From Polymyxa betae A26-41 (taxonomy: Eukaryota; Protista; Endomyxa: Phytomyxea), in NCBI GenBank assembly GCA_003693705.1, contig RBZT01000846.1, forward strand, positions 62,001-126,000: a stretch of DNA of 64,000 nucleotides, written 5' to 3'. A program made the translations under genes and the position numbers. The number at the start of each line of letters is the position of its first letter. Position 1 is the first letter of the stretch. Below the pieces are notes generated by a model that was given only the letters and a program-made list of their open reading frames with translations, did no database searches and was not told the origin of the DNA. Positions 48,011 through 61,400 of the stretch are shown piece by piece.

Positions 48011-51000
48011 ATGTTTCAAATGGCACTGCAGCTACAAACATTCAGATCACTTTGTTATTGCGTAGGTTTGGGAACATCAGGTCGCCAATGACGGCGCTTG
48101 ATCTGGTGTCCTGCCCTGAACGAGCTCAGCAAATTGTGAAGGAGCTGCTGACGACATCCTTTCCTCTCGATACGACACCAATTTCTTTGCATCCGATCTG
48201 TGTCCTGTTGCGTTCGGATCCGTCAGCGGCCAGCCAGCTGCTTCTACAATCACAGGCATTGAATTTATTATCGACCTTGCCGAATGCTATTCGATCGCAT
48301 ATCTTACTAGCTCTGCATCATACATTGTCGTCTGTCAAAACCTCCAAAGACGATTTGAAATCGTTCGCCTCTGCTGCCCTTGAAGCCTGTCAGATAACAA
48401 CATTTGCATTAATTCTATCTCGTCTACCAGAAGAAGATCGCAATGAAATCGTTCGTGATATGAACGCTGATATTACGAAAGACAATATTGTGATGTGGCT
48501 GAATTCGTTCTCTGATTCACCTGGTGCTTTATGTCCATCTCTCATATCATTGCTACATAACTCTGTCACCAATGTGTATCAGGATCTACCAGCTCATGAT
48601 TACATTCCACTTATACAGAATATATTGCAATTGATCCAGCATATACAGAATGTCGATCAAGCCAAATGTGGGCTTTGGGCTCAGCTCGGTATGGCTCAGA
48701 TTCCGATCTCTTCCCATTGTCCTTATTGATATGGATAGTGAGAAATGTCTTTCGGTTATGTCCTGCATCGTCATTATCTGATTTGAGTTTTATTACTGAA
48801 ACAGCATTATCATATCAGCCAGTATTGTACGATATCATCTATCAACAGCTCCAACAGGTCCACACATTGTCCATCCTTTTCATATGCGAATTACAATGCT
48901 GATATCAGACTGAATCATTATCTGCACCTGATATTATGGTTCTTATGTGTTTATGCTGCTCTCGTCCATATATAGATCCTGTTCTGTCTCCAGTTTTCAA
49001 ATCAATATCGTCAAAACGTCACTCGATTCGAGTATGGAAAGATGTTATTCGCTGTCAAGGTAGACTTTTGTGCAATGCCAATCTTGGTCTAGAAATTGTA
49101 ACATTTGAATACAGGGAATCGGGCATCATTATTGAATTCATGGAGTGAGATCTGGATGGAAGATAATGGGGATTTAGGACAGATCGGCAGTGGCATATTG
49201 CAATGTTTATTCATTGACATTGAACACAGCCGTCACGATGTTTTACAGCTCATTCTAACGAATATTACTGAATATGATGGATCCAAAGACATTCAGGTTG
49301 CAATCTGTCTCATTCCAATATCGAAATAACATCATTCTCAGGATCGCTATATTTCATTGCTGTCGAAACTTCCAATGCAACAACTGATTATGTTCACATC
49401 CACCATTATGGACTTTATTAGATATTCTGGCAACCTGCAGCCTGAACCTGCTAAACGGCTATTATCAATTTTATTGCCAATCGTCCACTTTTCTAACAGT
49501 GCTCTTGATCAGCTCATTCTGCTGTTCAGAAAATTTATTCATTCGCGACTCCCCTCAGAACGCTCTCTGGGTATGTCTACAAGCCCTAATTACTACATTA
49601 TTTGATATGATTAGGTGCTTTTGGTCTCTGCGAACTTCTTCGTACAGCTGGATCATCGTTATCGCTATCTGTTCAGCTGGAAATTGTTTCATGTATTGAA
49701 TCGTCGCTCAATCTTCCATTTCAACAGCGCACCATGATTTACTCATCGCTACGTCTTGCATTATCGTGCTCCAGTCTCCGGCTACATCAAGAATGTTATC
49801 ATGCTTTATTTAAAGTCTTAGATAGGAGACTTCGACGATTCATCAGATCGGAGAAAGGTAGCGAATTAAGTTACGTCTTGTTTGATTTACAGTTTCCATT
49901 GTAGGTCAATGCTCATTATCACTGAAAGAATATGTTTATGTACAGGATGGAAGTGTTCAATATCACGATAATTTTCCTGAATTAGTTGCATGCCATACAC
50001 TGACGATACCGCACGTCCTGCCTAAACCGACCTTTCGTATTGTGGATTTGTTCTTCATGAATCCATCCAAATCACTTGCATTATTATCGAATTCTTCCAG
50101 TCAACGATTTGAAGCGAAGAATCTATTTATTGCTGTCACCTTTGCTGGTAATTCCTTTATCATGTCACAATACTGTTTCTTGCATGAACTATTCTGTTAG
50201 GCGCATGCGAAACACTATCACAACTGCTACTGCATGACGAATCAATTGCTAAATTCATGACATCCAACAAAGATCTATCAAGCTGTGATCTATCTGTGTA
50301 TCTAATTGAGTTATCTTCATACGTTTATCAAACTGTATCGGATCTCTCTCGTACAGATGTCACGTCTAAACGTCTCTTGGCGGTATGCTGAATGTTTGAA
50401 ATCTGTCATGTCATTCTTATAGACGACTGTGTCTAGAAATGTCCCGATGCTGCAGTTCTTCCAGCCCAATTCTGTTTACAAATGTTGTCTAATGAGAATA
50501 TATCGCTACTGCCATTATCCCGCCTCGTATCAACCGTCAATGCTGCAATCAGTAAACCCTCTGTCAATGATGCTAACAAGCTTGATATCGCTTCGTCCTC
50601 ATCTTCATCAGCTTCATCTTCAACGTATGACCTTATTCGGCACGATATTTCGTATACTGAAGTTTACTTAGGATGATTGTAAATCCAATTACTGTATTAA
50701 GGGTGTGTGCACCTTTATTCATTAAAAGTCTTCCGTGGTCTGAGAGTCAACATAATCACTGCTCTTCATTATTTAAATCTGCCGCTGCACATTCTAATCT
50801 TAATATTCCTGATTTAGTTTCTCCTTATCGTCATCTGTTGCTAAATCTCATCGCTTCGTCGATCCGTTCCGTTCGGAGCTTTCTTCATTTGACAAGGATT
50901 TGCGGGTTTCCGATCTGCACTACTGATGCCGATCTGAATAATGAAACTTCCGATGAATTCGATGCTGTCGACAATATGGTTTTATCATGGTGTTATGCGA

Positions 51001-52161
51001 TGCAATCGGAATTTGCTGCTTCAATAGAAGTGCCATTAGGGCTTGCATATGTTCACCTTATTCAAGGTGCTATCAGTCATATCTCATCTGCAGCACTGGT
51101 CAGTTTTGATGTTTTGATTTTTTCTAGTCTTGCTGAGTTGCTTTCAGGAACGCGCTGCTAAGATTCTATTGAAGCTGCTTAGCTCATATCGAATAAGTAA
51201 TGCATCTTTAATCAAGGCAATGGTGCACCTGCTGGTTTCTTTATCTCCTGATCAAGCTAAACTTTTGATGCAACGGCCAGATAAGATTTTGCTGGAAACA
51301 GAATCGTGCCGCTCTGCAACATATGATGCAATTATGACATCTTCAATCGAATCTTTAAATCAATGCTTTGGTGTGATCAAGCCATACACAAAAAAGAAAC
51401 TGCTCATAACACATCAAACATTCAAAGATGTTCAAGAGGCGGCTGTTCAGTCATGTACAGAGTTAGAAAGATGTCTGGACCTGTGTAACAATCTGATCGC
51501 AGTCGACAAAGACGTTCTGGTTTCTGATAGATTGATATCACGTCTAGTATCTGTCATTAACAAGCTGTTTACTGTTGGACATTCCTTAATATTCGTTATG
51601 TCCCGCCTTGTTACTGCTCTTGATCAAGACGTGTTATCTGAAGAACTCGAGTATCTCTCGGAAATCGATTCATGTTTAGGTGATGTTCCTGGGTCTATAT
51701 CATCTGTTTTACTGATTATGAAAACAATAGTCTTTATAGCGAAATTCGTGAAATCTATCCAGTCCATAAGCGATTGGGTTAATCTGCATAAAGAATCAAT
51801 ATCAAGCAATCTGTTATCCACAACCGTGTTTCGTATTTCAACTTTCGAGCATGATGTAGCAGCCATGGTTCGAAAGCATCGTGGATCTGTTGCATCCGAT
51901 AGACTGGATAATATTGGGGATCGTCTTCGCCGCATTGCTGATTGGCAGAATAAGGTTGCCTTTCATCTCTTCGTTCAATTAAATGTAGCTAAGTGTGAGT
52001 AGGGCAGTACGAACGTATCACTGAAAAATCGTAAGCGTCCAAGGGGTGGTCGTAAACAACAACATCGAAGTCGAATAGCTTACATAGATGAAGCGTTGTT
52101 AGAAGAGGAGGGATATGCATCTGATGCATATGCTGATCTTGAAGACTGGATTGTTGATTGA
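48011..52161 (+). CDS. FANCI-like helical solenoid protein
   Basis: QIGSGILQCLFIDIEHSRHDVLQLIL and LLPIVHFSNSALDQLILLFRKFIHSR..ERSLGAFG resemble FANCI solenoid segments; acidic C-terminal motif DAYADLEDWIVD*; many introns. Confidence 0.6.
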
Positions 52162-52266
52162 ACTGTTTAATTGTAAATTATGAATATTTGCCATGGAGAT
52201 CAGTTTGCATTGAGCAGCAGGAAGCATATGAGATGATGCAGGAGACAGATATCATAATAACGATAC

Positions 52267-55200
52267 ATGATGGGAGACCCCATGACCCCATTCTGTACAC
52301 GTTACATATCCAGTGGTAGTGTATACAGTACATGACTAGCAGCAGTACATGTGATGAAGCCTGTTAAAGATCAGCTCATTAATCAGTATAGAGATAGAAC
52401 ATGGATTAGATATCCACCAGATCAGCGCAAACATCAGGGCAACAATCACGACCGAGCTAATGCTCATTATAGAACCATTGTCAGAGCTCTAGATCATGTC
52501 GATCTAACTAAGAGTAGGCTCATCTGCATAGTCAGAGCTTGAGTCGTTGATAACGAGATCAGGGTCTGCTCCAGATAAGCAATATAATCAATCCAGGAAG
52601 CAACGTCATCAGATAGTTTATGATCAACATCAATCTGCTAAAGATCACATTTTTCAATTACTGGAGAATGGCATCCAGAATGAAGTTGAACAGGTACCAA
52701 GTCTGTGTATGTTGCAGGGAGAACTTCTCATCGCTTCACCATAGTTGAAAACAGTATTAAACAGAAATCAGCTCGAAATTCAGTCATTATTGACGAATTT
52801 AACAGATGAGGTCCTGTTTGGAATGCGATTTGATGCTTTTGAATCGGTCTGGAAGAATGTCTCAGATCTGTATGATGATAGAGATCGTGTCATAGCAGAA
52901 TCAGATGCAAATCTCAACAGTATTATGGACAGTCGAGTCAGTGATCTAAAAGAAGCGATGAGAGCTACAATGAATCAATTAATCGATATTGCGTTTCAAT
53001 TACAGCCTGAAATTGAATATGTTTTCTATCAAGGCCTTCTCCCAATTAATGTAAAGCTAATCGATACCAAACTGGTTTTATCTGGTGCAACTATTTCAAT
53101 TTTCATTTGTCTTCTTGTGTCTGATGCTACGTTTAGAATTTCGATCTCGATTACGTATTGCCGATATTCGATTAAAACAGCGACATTTGACGCTTTATCA
53201 TGAACGACGTCATGTCTGGAAATTATTGCAACATGATCGAGCTGTGCAATTACAGAAAGATAAATTCCGGTCTGATCAATATTCAAATCCTGAATGGCGT
53301 CAGAGAATCATCTCCGATCTAAAAACTTGTGATCAACGTCTTGGTGCAAGTATTGAACATCTAATGTCTGGATTAAATCAGCTATCTCCACCGATCTTAT
53401 CAAGCAGTAAAGTGATGCAGGTAGACATTAATGCCATGTTTCTTTCATACCAAAATAATCGTTGAAAATTCAGATTCAAGCTGAAGTCAATTATGTCATT
53501 CAGACTGCAAGTCAGATCTCCAATCAGTGTCTGCAATCATTTTCAGATTCCTTACAAAGTATGGAAGTGGATATGAAACAACAGATCACCGATCTTATAA
53601 CTGAACTGAATCAATATTCGGCATATGAATCAGAACATATCAATCAACAGATTCAATCTCAGATCTTCTTCATTGTTGATGAATATCACCAACGTTTTAT
53701 AGAGGAGTCCGACCAAATATCTCTCAACTTGCAACAGCAAGAGAAGTACGAAAATCGTGTATATTGTTCAGTTACTGTTTGCTGATTGACAAAGGCTACT
53801 CAATGAGCGGCTGGGAGCGGCTCTGAAATTTTATCTGAGTGCTGGACGAGTCTGGGAAAATTCGCTGAAATCTATTGACGATTTAGAAGTCGATACGAGC
53901 GAATCCTGGATGCGTCGTCACGATTTATACGATGTAATAGAATGCATGGCGATCTATTGATTACTGTTTGAATGTTGTTCAGGATGAATTACGGTCATAT
54001 GAAGACGATGTGAAAGGTATTATGGAGGGATTGCGGCAAGCTTCAACGGAGGCGATCTTAACGGAAACATTTCAGCAAGCAAATCTGATTTTGGGACCAT
54101 CTGGACGTATAGAGAAATGCCACAGGACCTTCCTTCAGGATTCATTGGTAATAGTGTTTCTAATCAGTTTGTTTAACAGTTGACGTTATGAACAGGACAT
54201 TGCCCGAGGGCACCTTCCTAACCTTGATAAAGTTCTAACGAATATACGTTCAGAGGTGAACATTTTGCTGAAGTTGAGCGCAAAAGATACAGGATCGGAT
54301 TTGTGCCTGGATGGGGCAGATGATGTTCAGGTCTGGGCTCAACAGGTCGAAACCAAGTTGAGGAAATGCCACTGCTACTAAATCGTATTGCTAGATCATC
54401 TCTGAGACGACTGTCAGTACAAATAGTGATTGTATTAGCACAGATCAAGTGAACGATAATCCGACTGAACAACCTCCACTTGATACTCCTACAGAATCTA
54501 CTCCTCAACCAAAGCCATTAATAGTTGTTTGTCAATATGAATTCAATCAGCCTTTATTCAGTTAGTGAACCGCTAAAGGCTCCCATTCAAGTACACTGAC
54601 ATGATATGATAGGCTCAATCATAGCCGAGTTAAGATCTGCGTTCATTTTACACACGAATGAAATTTCACATCGCGAACGTAATCGTGTTCAGTTACTGAT
54701 TGGGGAACGTGTCCAGGAGGTTTCTGTCCTCATCGATAAGAGCCTTCGTATACTGGCTCCTCGAATTATTCTATTAAGTTAGTCATATATGTTCATGAAT
54801 TCTGTCCTATAACGAATCTGTTGTAGATGTCGATATAGTACAAATTAGGGTGAACGAGCTCAAAGAAAATTTCAAAAGATTTCAACGGTTCTGGGATAGG
54901 TATAACTGAGCAATCGGTTGTGTAATGCTGTCCTTAACCGTATAACAACAGATATGATCAAACATTCTCCAATGGTGAAGCTGCAATCAAGTCTGGATGT
55001 ACTTTGTTAGAAAAGCATATCAGCGAAAGGAACACTGAAATTGAACGTATCAAGGAGATCGCAGCAAAAGCACAATCTATGCAGAAATTACAATCGTTGC
55101 ACAACAAATCAACAGCATTATCGAAATCGTTCAAAAACCGCATCATTGCGCAGGTCCAACATTTTGAAAATGCTCTGCCTGATAATGACATTTTGTCGCT

Positions 55201-55640
55201 CAGATGAAAACTGTTAAATCTCTACAAGACGACCTTCAGGCTCAACTTACCCAGCTGCGTGAACAGTTTTTAGCATCTTGCTCTGTACTCGGTTCGAACT
55301 GTGGTCCTGGAACTGCTTCCTATCATCCATGTGATAGATCATGCATTCTATTCGAATATCGTTTTGTAACATTGGCTGCAGATGAATTAAAGAAATATGA
55401 AGGTGAAGTTGAAATCCTGAAAACCGAGTCACACAATCGACTTGCCGAACATGCCACTTTGTTAAATCAAATACGAGATAAAGTCTGACAACCATTTGCT
55501 ATTACGATTTTGTTCTAACTAGTTTCTAGGTCGAATCAATACTATCACAAAAAGTCACTGATGATGTGATACAAAAAGCGAAAGCAGATCTGGATGCTAA
55601 AAAAGGTGCAGCGTCAAACATCCCACAACCTTCGAAATAA
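52267..55640 (+). CDS. CCDC180: Coiled-coil flagellar protein CCDC180/CFAP76-like (DUF4455)
   Basis: ISSGSVY, SRKQRH, VWKNVSDLYDDRDRVIAE...LIDIAFQLQPEI...INVKLIDTK, WKLLQHDRAV, LRQASTE resemble the CCDC180 N-half. Confidence 0.65.
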
Positions 55641-55691
55641 AGATTCACTCTAACTTAAAATGATTCAAGACAAAAGGTTATTGTGAGATAT

Positions 55692-56866
55692 TTAACATGC
55701 TGTAGTGATATGGCCAGAAATGATAAGATAGTAATATGTTGTCGGAAAGGCAAACAGTAAAGAGTCCTGATTTTCAATATCAAATTCCTGGATTCAAGTT
55801 GTACATATTACTGACGATCCTATCCAGAATTCCTCCCATTCCAGGCAATATATCTCCCATATCTTTTACATTGAATCCTCTTTTTACTAAGCTTTCCACT
55901 AAGTCGCCTAATAACGATCTTAGCGAGCCATGACGATATACACAAATATGAAGACAACCTATGGAAGCTGTAATGGCAATCAGTATTGATAACAGATGCA
56001 ATTGTAGATTATGAAGCGGAAATTCCGACTCTAAACGAAGAGCCTGAGCGAATTGAAGGACTGCTGAGATTAGAGTTACCTGGATGGAAACTGGATAGAA
56101 TTGTGTCAAATATATATGATGTAACAATACTTGATATGATTGTGCTTAGATAGCCTTCCAATGTCTTACCACGACTAATCCTGGTAATATGATGTCGACC
56201 AAACATCATGCCACCAAAGAAACCGAATGCTTCACCAATACAGGTTGTGATTATAGTGAACCATAGAGCCTCCAGAGCATAGGGAAGATCATTCAACAAT
56301 GACGCATGTGCTAGTGTACCACCAATATAGAAACATTGAAACACAGCTAACATGTACTTGTGATAAGTGGTCACATCGAGCTTTCCATCACCCAAATTGT
56401 AAATAATCATAAAACAAGAGATAAGAAAGGGCATCACTAGTGCATGGATAAGTGACAATCATAGTATGGATTGAAATAGATTACAGAAAAGTGCATGAGT
56501 GAGTCCCCATCTTCCATACATAGCAGTCATTATCAATAGATATGATGATGGGAATGTACATATGAACCTCTGTATCAGGCATGAATTGCTGCCAACATAT
56601 CTGTCGAAGTTCGCCTGAAGTTCTAATCCGCTCTGAAAGTATTCTTGAGAACCGTGTCGTAGCTTTGCAAGTATAGTCGAACATACCAATGTAGATAATA
56701 TTAAGCCGAATATGATTCGTAGAGGATATGAGGACATGAGAACTATTGATAGAGGTATGGCAATAGCTACTGATAAGAGTCTTGCTGGTAAGCCTTGCTG
56801 ATTTGTCACAGCTGTCTTCATATCATGACTGAATATACAACTAGAAGTGGCATCATATTTAGACAT
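55692..56866 (-). CDS. Phosphatidate cytidylyltransferase (CDP-DAG synthase), compact CdsA type
   Basis: [17 protein letters not shown]; [39 protein letters not shown]; multiple TM segments. Confidence 0.85.
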
Positions 56867-57020
56867 TGTTTGATGTTACAAAATACAGTGTGCTGAATCG
56901 CTGATAGAGACGACTGTATAGCAACCCTAGTCCGAGTCCCCATCATCAACATAAAACTTGACGTATCCTTCTATACCCCTTCATCATTATCACACCCCTT
57001 CTCACATTTGTTTCGTTCTC

Positions 57021-58376
57021 ATGTTCGCTATTACATCCAACATTGTCAAGCGCCTTCCATCAGCCTGGTCTGGTGTTAGAGTAGCTGCTACAGCGTTACC
57101 TCTCGCCAATGGACACCACCGCTATGCATCGACGTCTACGAAGGAACCTAAACGTGTAGCTGTCACTGGTGCTGCCGGCCAGATTGGATATCAAATACTA
57201 TTTCGTATTGCATCTGGGCAATTACTTGGTCCAGACCAACCTGTTATTATCCATGCCATAGAATTAGAGCAGGCTATGAATGCATTACGAGGTGTTGCTA
57301 TGGAGCTTGATGATTGTGCTTTCCCTCTGCTTCGTGGAGGTATTAATCAGGCTCTACTGGCATCATTTCATTTAGATCACAATTATAGTGGTGCAAACCA
57401 GCGACCTTGATGAAGGATTCGACGATATTGACTATGCTTTGCTTGTTGGAAGCCGTCCTCGTGGTAAAGGAATGGAACGTCAGGAGCTCCTGTCTCTCAA
57501 CGGGAAAATATTCGTTGGTACTGGAAAAGCTTTGAATAAGAATGTAAAAAGTTCGCTCAATTTTTAATTTGTTGTTCAAAAGCGTCATTCTAGGCAAAGA
57601 AGACGGCGAAAATCCTCGTTGTGAGTATCGGTATATCGACGCGATCTTTTTTACTGAATTAACATCGTTTTCAAGGTGGGAAATCCTGCTAATACAAACT
57701 GTCTAGTGGCGTCTGCTAATGCCCCTGATATCCCTGCGTATGCTATCATCATGATATTGTACATCTTCCAAACGTTTGAATATTGATGTCAGTGAGAACT
57801 TTGCTGCCATGACCCGTCTAGATCATGATCGTGCTGTTGCTCAAGTTGCCATCAAGACCAAATCTCATTGCACCGATGTTTCTAAGCTTGCAATTTGGGG
57901 CAACCACAGGTTCGTGAGTCTCGTGTGCTGTCCGGTTTAATCTAAAATTGTTTTAAAGTGCAACCCAATATCCCGATATCACACATTGTGAAGTGAAAGG
58001 CAAGAAGGCGTTAGATGTTATTAACGATGAGACCTGGGTCAAGGATACTTTCATTCCTTGTGTGCAACAACGTGGTGCTGCTATTATTGCTGCTCGTGGA
58101 TTATCGAGTGCTGCTTCTGCCGCTAATGCTGCTATCACGCATACATTTGATCGATTCAAGGGAACCAATGGGAAATGGGTCTCTATGGCCGTTCCTTCAG
58201 ATGGTAGTTATGGTATTGAGGAAGGATTATTCTTTTCGTACCCAATTACCTGCAACAATGACAAATACGAAATTGTACAAGGACTTGAAGTTGATTCCTT
58301 CAGCGCTGAGATGATTGAAAAGACCAAGAAAGAGCTTCTTGCCGAACGTGACATGGTCAAGGATCTGCTGCCCTAA
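57021..58376 (+). CDS. MDH: Malate dehydrogenase, cytosolic/type-2 family, with N-terminal presequence
   Basis: [80 protein letters not shown]. Confidence 0.95.
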
Positions 58377-58471
58377 ACATGCAGTAGATTCAAACCATAA
58401 TGCGAATGAAGAAATTTTAACAACCAATGGATAATTTGTTAGATGGCTTGACGATAATGATTGGGTAGATA

Positions 58472-61400
58472 TTACAATCGTATTCTTTTAACGGGATCAT
58501 TGGTTCTTGGGTCTATAGATACCCGACAGAATGGGCATGATCCAGTCCTCAGTATAGCTATCTCGAATTCATCTTCGTTGAATATCGAACAGCAATTATG
58601 ACATTGAATTAGAGCAAGTCCAGGTATGAGACATTTATAAAATCGGACAGGTCCAATACCAGCATGAGTAGTTGGTGTAAGAAACACCGATGATCTTGAC
58701 ATTGATGCAAGAATGTGTTTGCTCACTTCAACGTCCTGTTTAACACATAATCAGGTTCAACAGTTCATTGCCATTCAAACATCCAACCGGATATTTTCCA
58801 TCGACTGTTTGTTGAATCTGAATTACTTGTTGCATAAAGCCACTATCTCCTTCTTCATCGCTATTGCCTTCTTGATCACCACATCGATCCAATGTAAGGA
58901 TATTTGTCTCACCGTTCACATGGGTATTCGATTCTTTCCTGTGATTGCAAATAAATGTGATACAGACCTAAAGACTAGGCTCAGTTTCAATCATACCTTT
59001 CTGTCTGTTTGAGAGTTGGGCCAGAATTAATAATTGATAATGCTTCTTGAACAGAGAGGTTCCCATCTACCTGTTAGCAAATTTCAATATATTGCTGACT
59101 TTGGCACAATACAGAAAACTACCTGGAACTCTACCAGAGGTAACACCTCAAATGTACATGCGGAACGTACAAAGCGGTGCTTACAATTCGTGCAGCAATC
59201 TCCTGCTGTAAATAGAGCATTCCGAGTTGAACATCTAAACAAGCAAATCAGTAAGATCTCCTGATAAAGCGTGCAGCTTGAAGTACTTATAACATATTGG
59301 AAGCAGCTCAGTTCGGTCTAAGAACGGTTTTCCTTGGATTAAAATCGATTGAAGTTCGATTTCTTCCCGTTTCTCAGGCGGTATCCGTAATTTTTGAAGT
59401 ATTGAATAGCAAAGACGAGCAAGTTTAAATGCCTAAAATAAATTCAGATTGTGATCCATAATGTTGAAGCTGTAACCTCAAGATGGACGGCCTGCTTTGC
59501 AAGAGTAGATAAAAGAGCAAAGAATGAGATAAACCCATGAGATCCTACATCATCCCAGAACTTAAATCTCTTATCGTCATCGAACATAGCAATGCGTGCA
59601 GATACCTTCTGAGTTCACATCCATTCCTTCAATATTAAGTACATGAAGGGCACTATTAAATATAGTTTCGGCAGAAAGGGTAGTGAATGGTTCGAATGTA
59701 AAACGATACACATTAGAATATGCAAAATACAGCACTGCACATTTGTAATTTTCTTGAAAATCGCGATCATTAAAGGAAGATTGTCTAGCGACATCTAATG
59801 CCGTCTGGAAATAATAGTACGATGCATCAGAGAAGCGTCTCTCATGCACTGCACTTAGAGTAAGCTGATTCAATAACTGAGCTGCCTGATCAGATCGACC
59901 TGCGCGAGCAAAAGCTTCCTGTAACCGAAGACCAGATCAATTAAATGAAAGACAGGAGCCGGGCTCAATAACCTGAGCTTCATCAAATCTGTCATTAACA
60001 GCGAGCCATTGTGCATATGGTAAATAGATCTCATTGGCATATTCAGGATGTCGTTTCACCATATCTGAATCCTGATTGAAACCCTTGACAGAAAGCATTG
60101 CATTGATACGATACCTAGAGCTATATCCCAAGTTTGTGCTTGAACACATAATGATATTAATGAAACAATATCATCTATTCGTAAATATACATCTCGTGCA
60201 TATTGAAAGCTGCCACATGATCGAAATGTATCTGCAGCCTGTAATCAATCAGTATGAGTGGGAGCAATATGCAATTTACAACCAACCTGTTTCAACACAG
60301 CAGTTTCAACACTACTTAATTTATTGATCCTTTCAATGAGCTTATCAGTCCAACCATGCTGGCCCATGATCTCGATCGCCCGACTGTAATCTTTGGCCGC
60401 CCAGAACATTTCAGCCGCAGGCTCAGGTTCGTTACCTACAGTAGCTTACTTAATGGAATTATGCTTGGAAAGTAAATATATTGATGTACCTTGAAGTAAC
60501 CAGTTCGCCTCATTCCGTAATAAACGGATCATTTCGTTATCGACCTCGGAGCCTCCATTCTGATATCCGAAACGTTCGATGATGGATTTAGCACGATTCC
60601 AATCACGTAAATCCAGATACATCTCCATTGCACGATTAAAGTAACCAGATCGACAGAATAGTGCACTGGCCTCCTCGAATTTCCCTAAATTCGAAGCTCA
60701 TCAAAGCAGGTCATAGCAGAGGGCCAGTATATCAACCTTGATAGGCTTGAATTTCAGCAGCAAATAGGTTCCTATCGTAATTAGGGCGTTTCGATGCGAT
60801 ACTGATTTGATTGATGAGTTCTGTATAAGTGATATCTCGAAGTCGAATGAAGGATCGTCTGGCTACATCCAGATCCAGATTAGCAAGTGACTGAAATGAG
60901 AGAAGTTTCCAATCCTGTTCTGTTACACCAAGACATGCAATCTATCAACCAATCAGTTGATAGGTTGAGCCATGAAAGTATATAAAGATACCTTGTAAGC
61001 ATTTGTATAATCACCACTAGCTAAATATGAATGCATTGCTGCTGATTGAAATACATCAACAGTAACCATAGATGCATATTGCAAGCAGAATACTTTAGAT
61101 GCTTTAAATCCCACTACGAACCTATATTGCAATCTTATTAGTGTTGTATAAGACCGATTCCAGGATTGACAAAACCCTTGAAGTCGTTGGCGATGAACCG
61201 GGAAATTCGATGTCTTGATGGCCAGCTGAGAGTTTCCAGAGAAACAAAACATATCATCAAATTGAGCATTCCAGGCAACACTATTTGCATTCTGCTCCTC
61301 AAATAGAACCTTTCGACTTTCAATATCATAAATAAACACCTAGTTCAGAGCATCATCAAAGGAGTGATACAGAGGCGACTTTGGCCATACAGCGGAATTC

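Noticed and set aside
16926-52161. Functional clustering of chromosome or splicing genes (MCM10, CenH3, FANCI-like, PLRG1, LSM1)
   Set aside because: Interspersed with unrelated genes; compatible with chance in a compact housekeeping region
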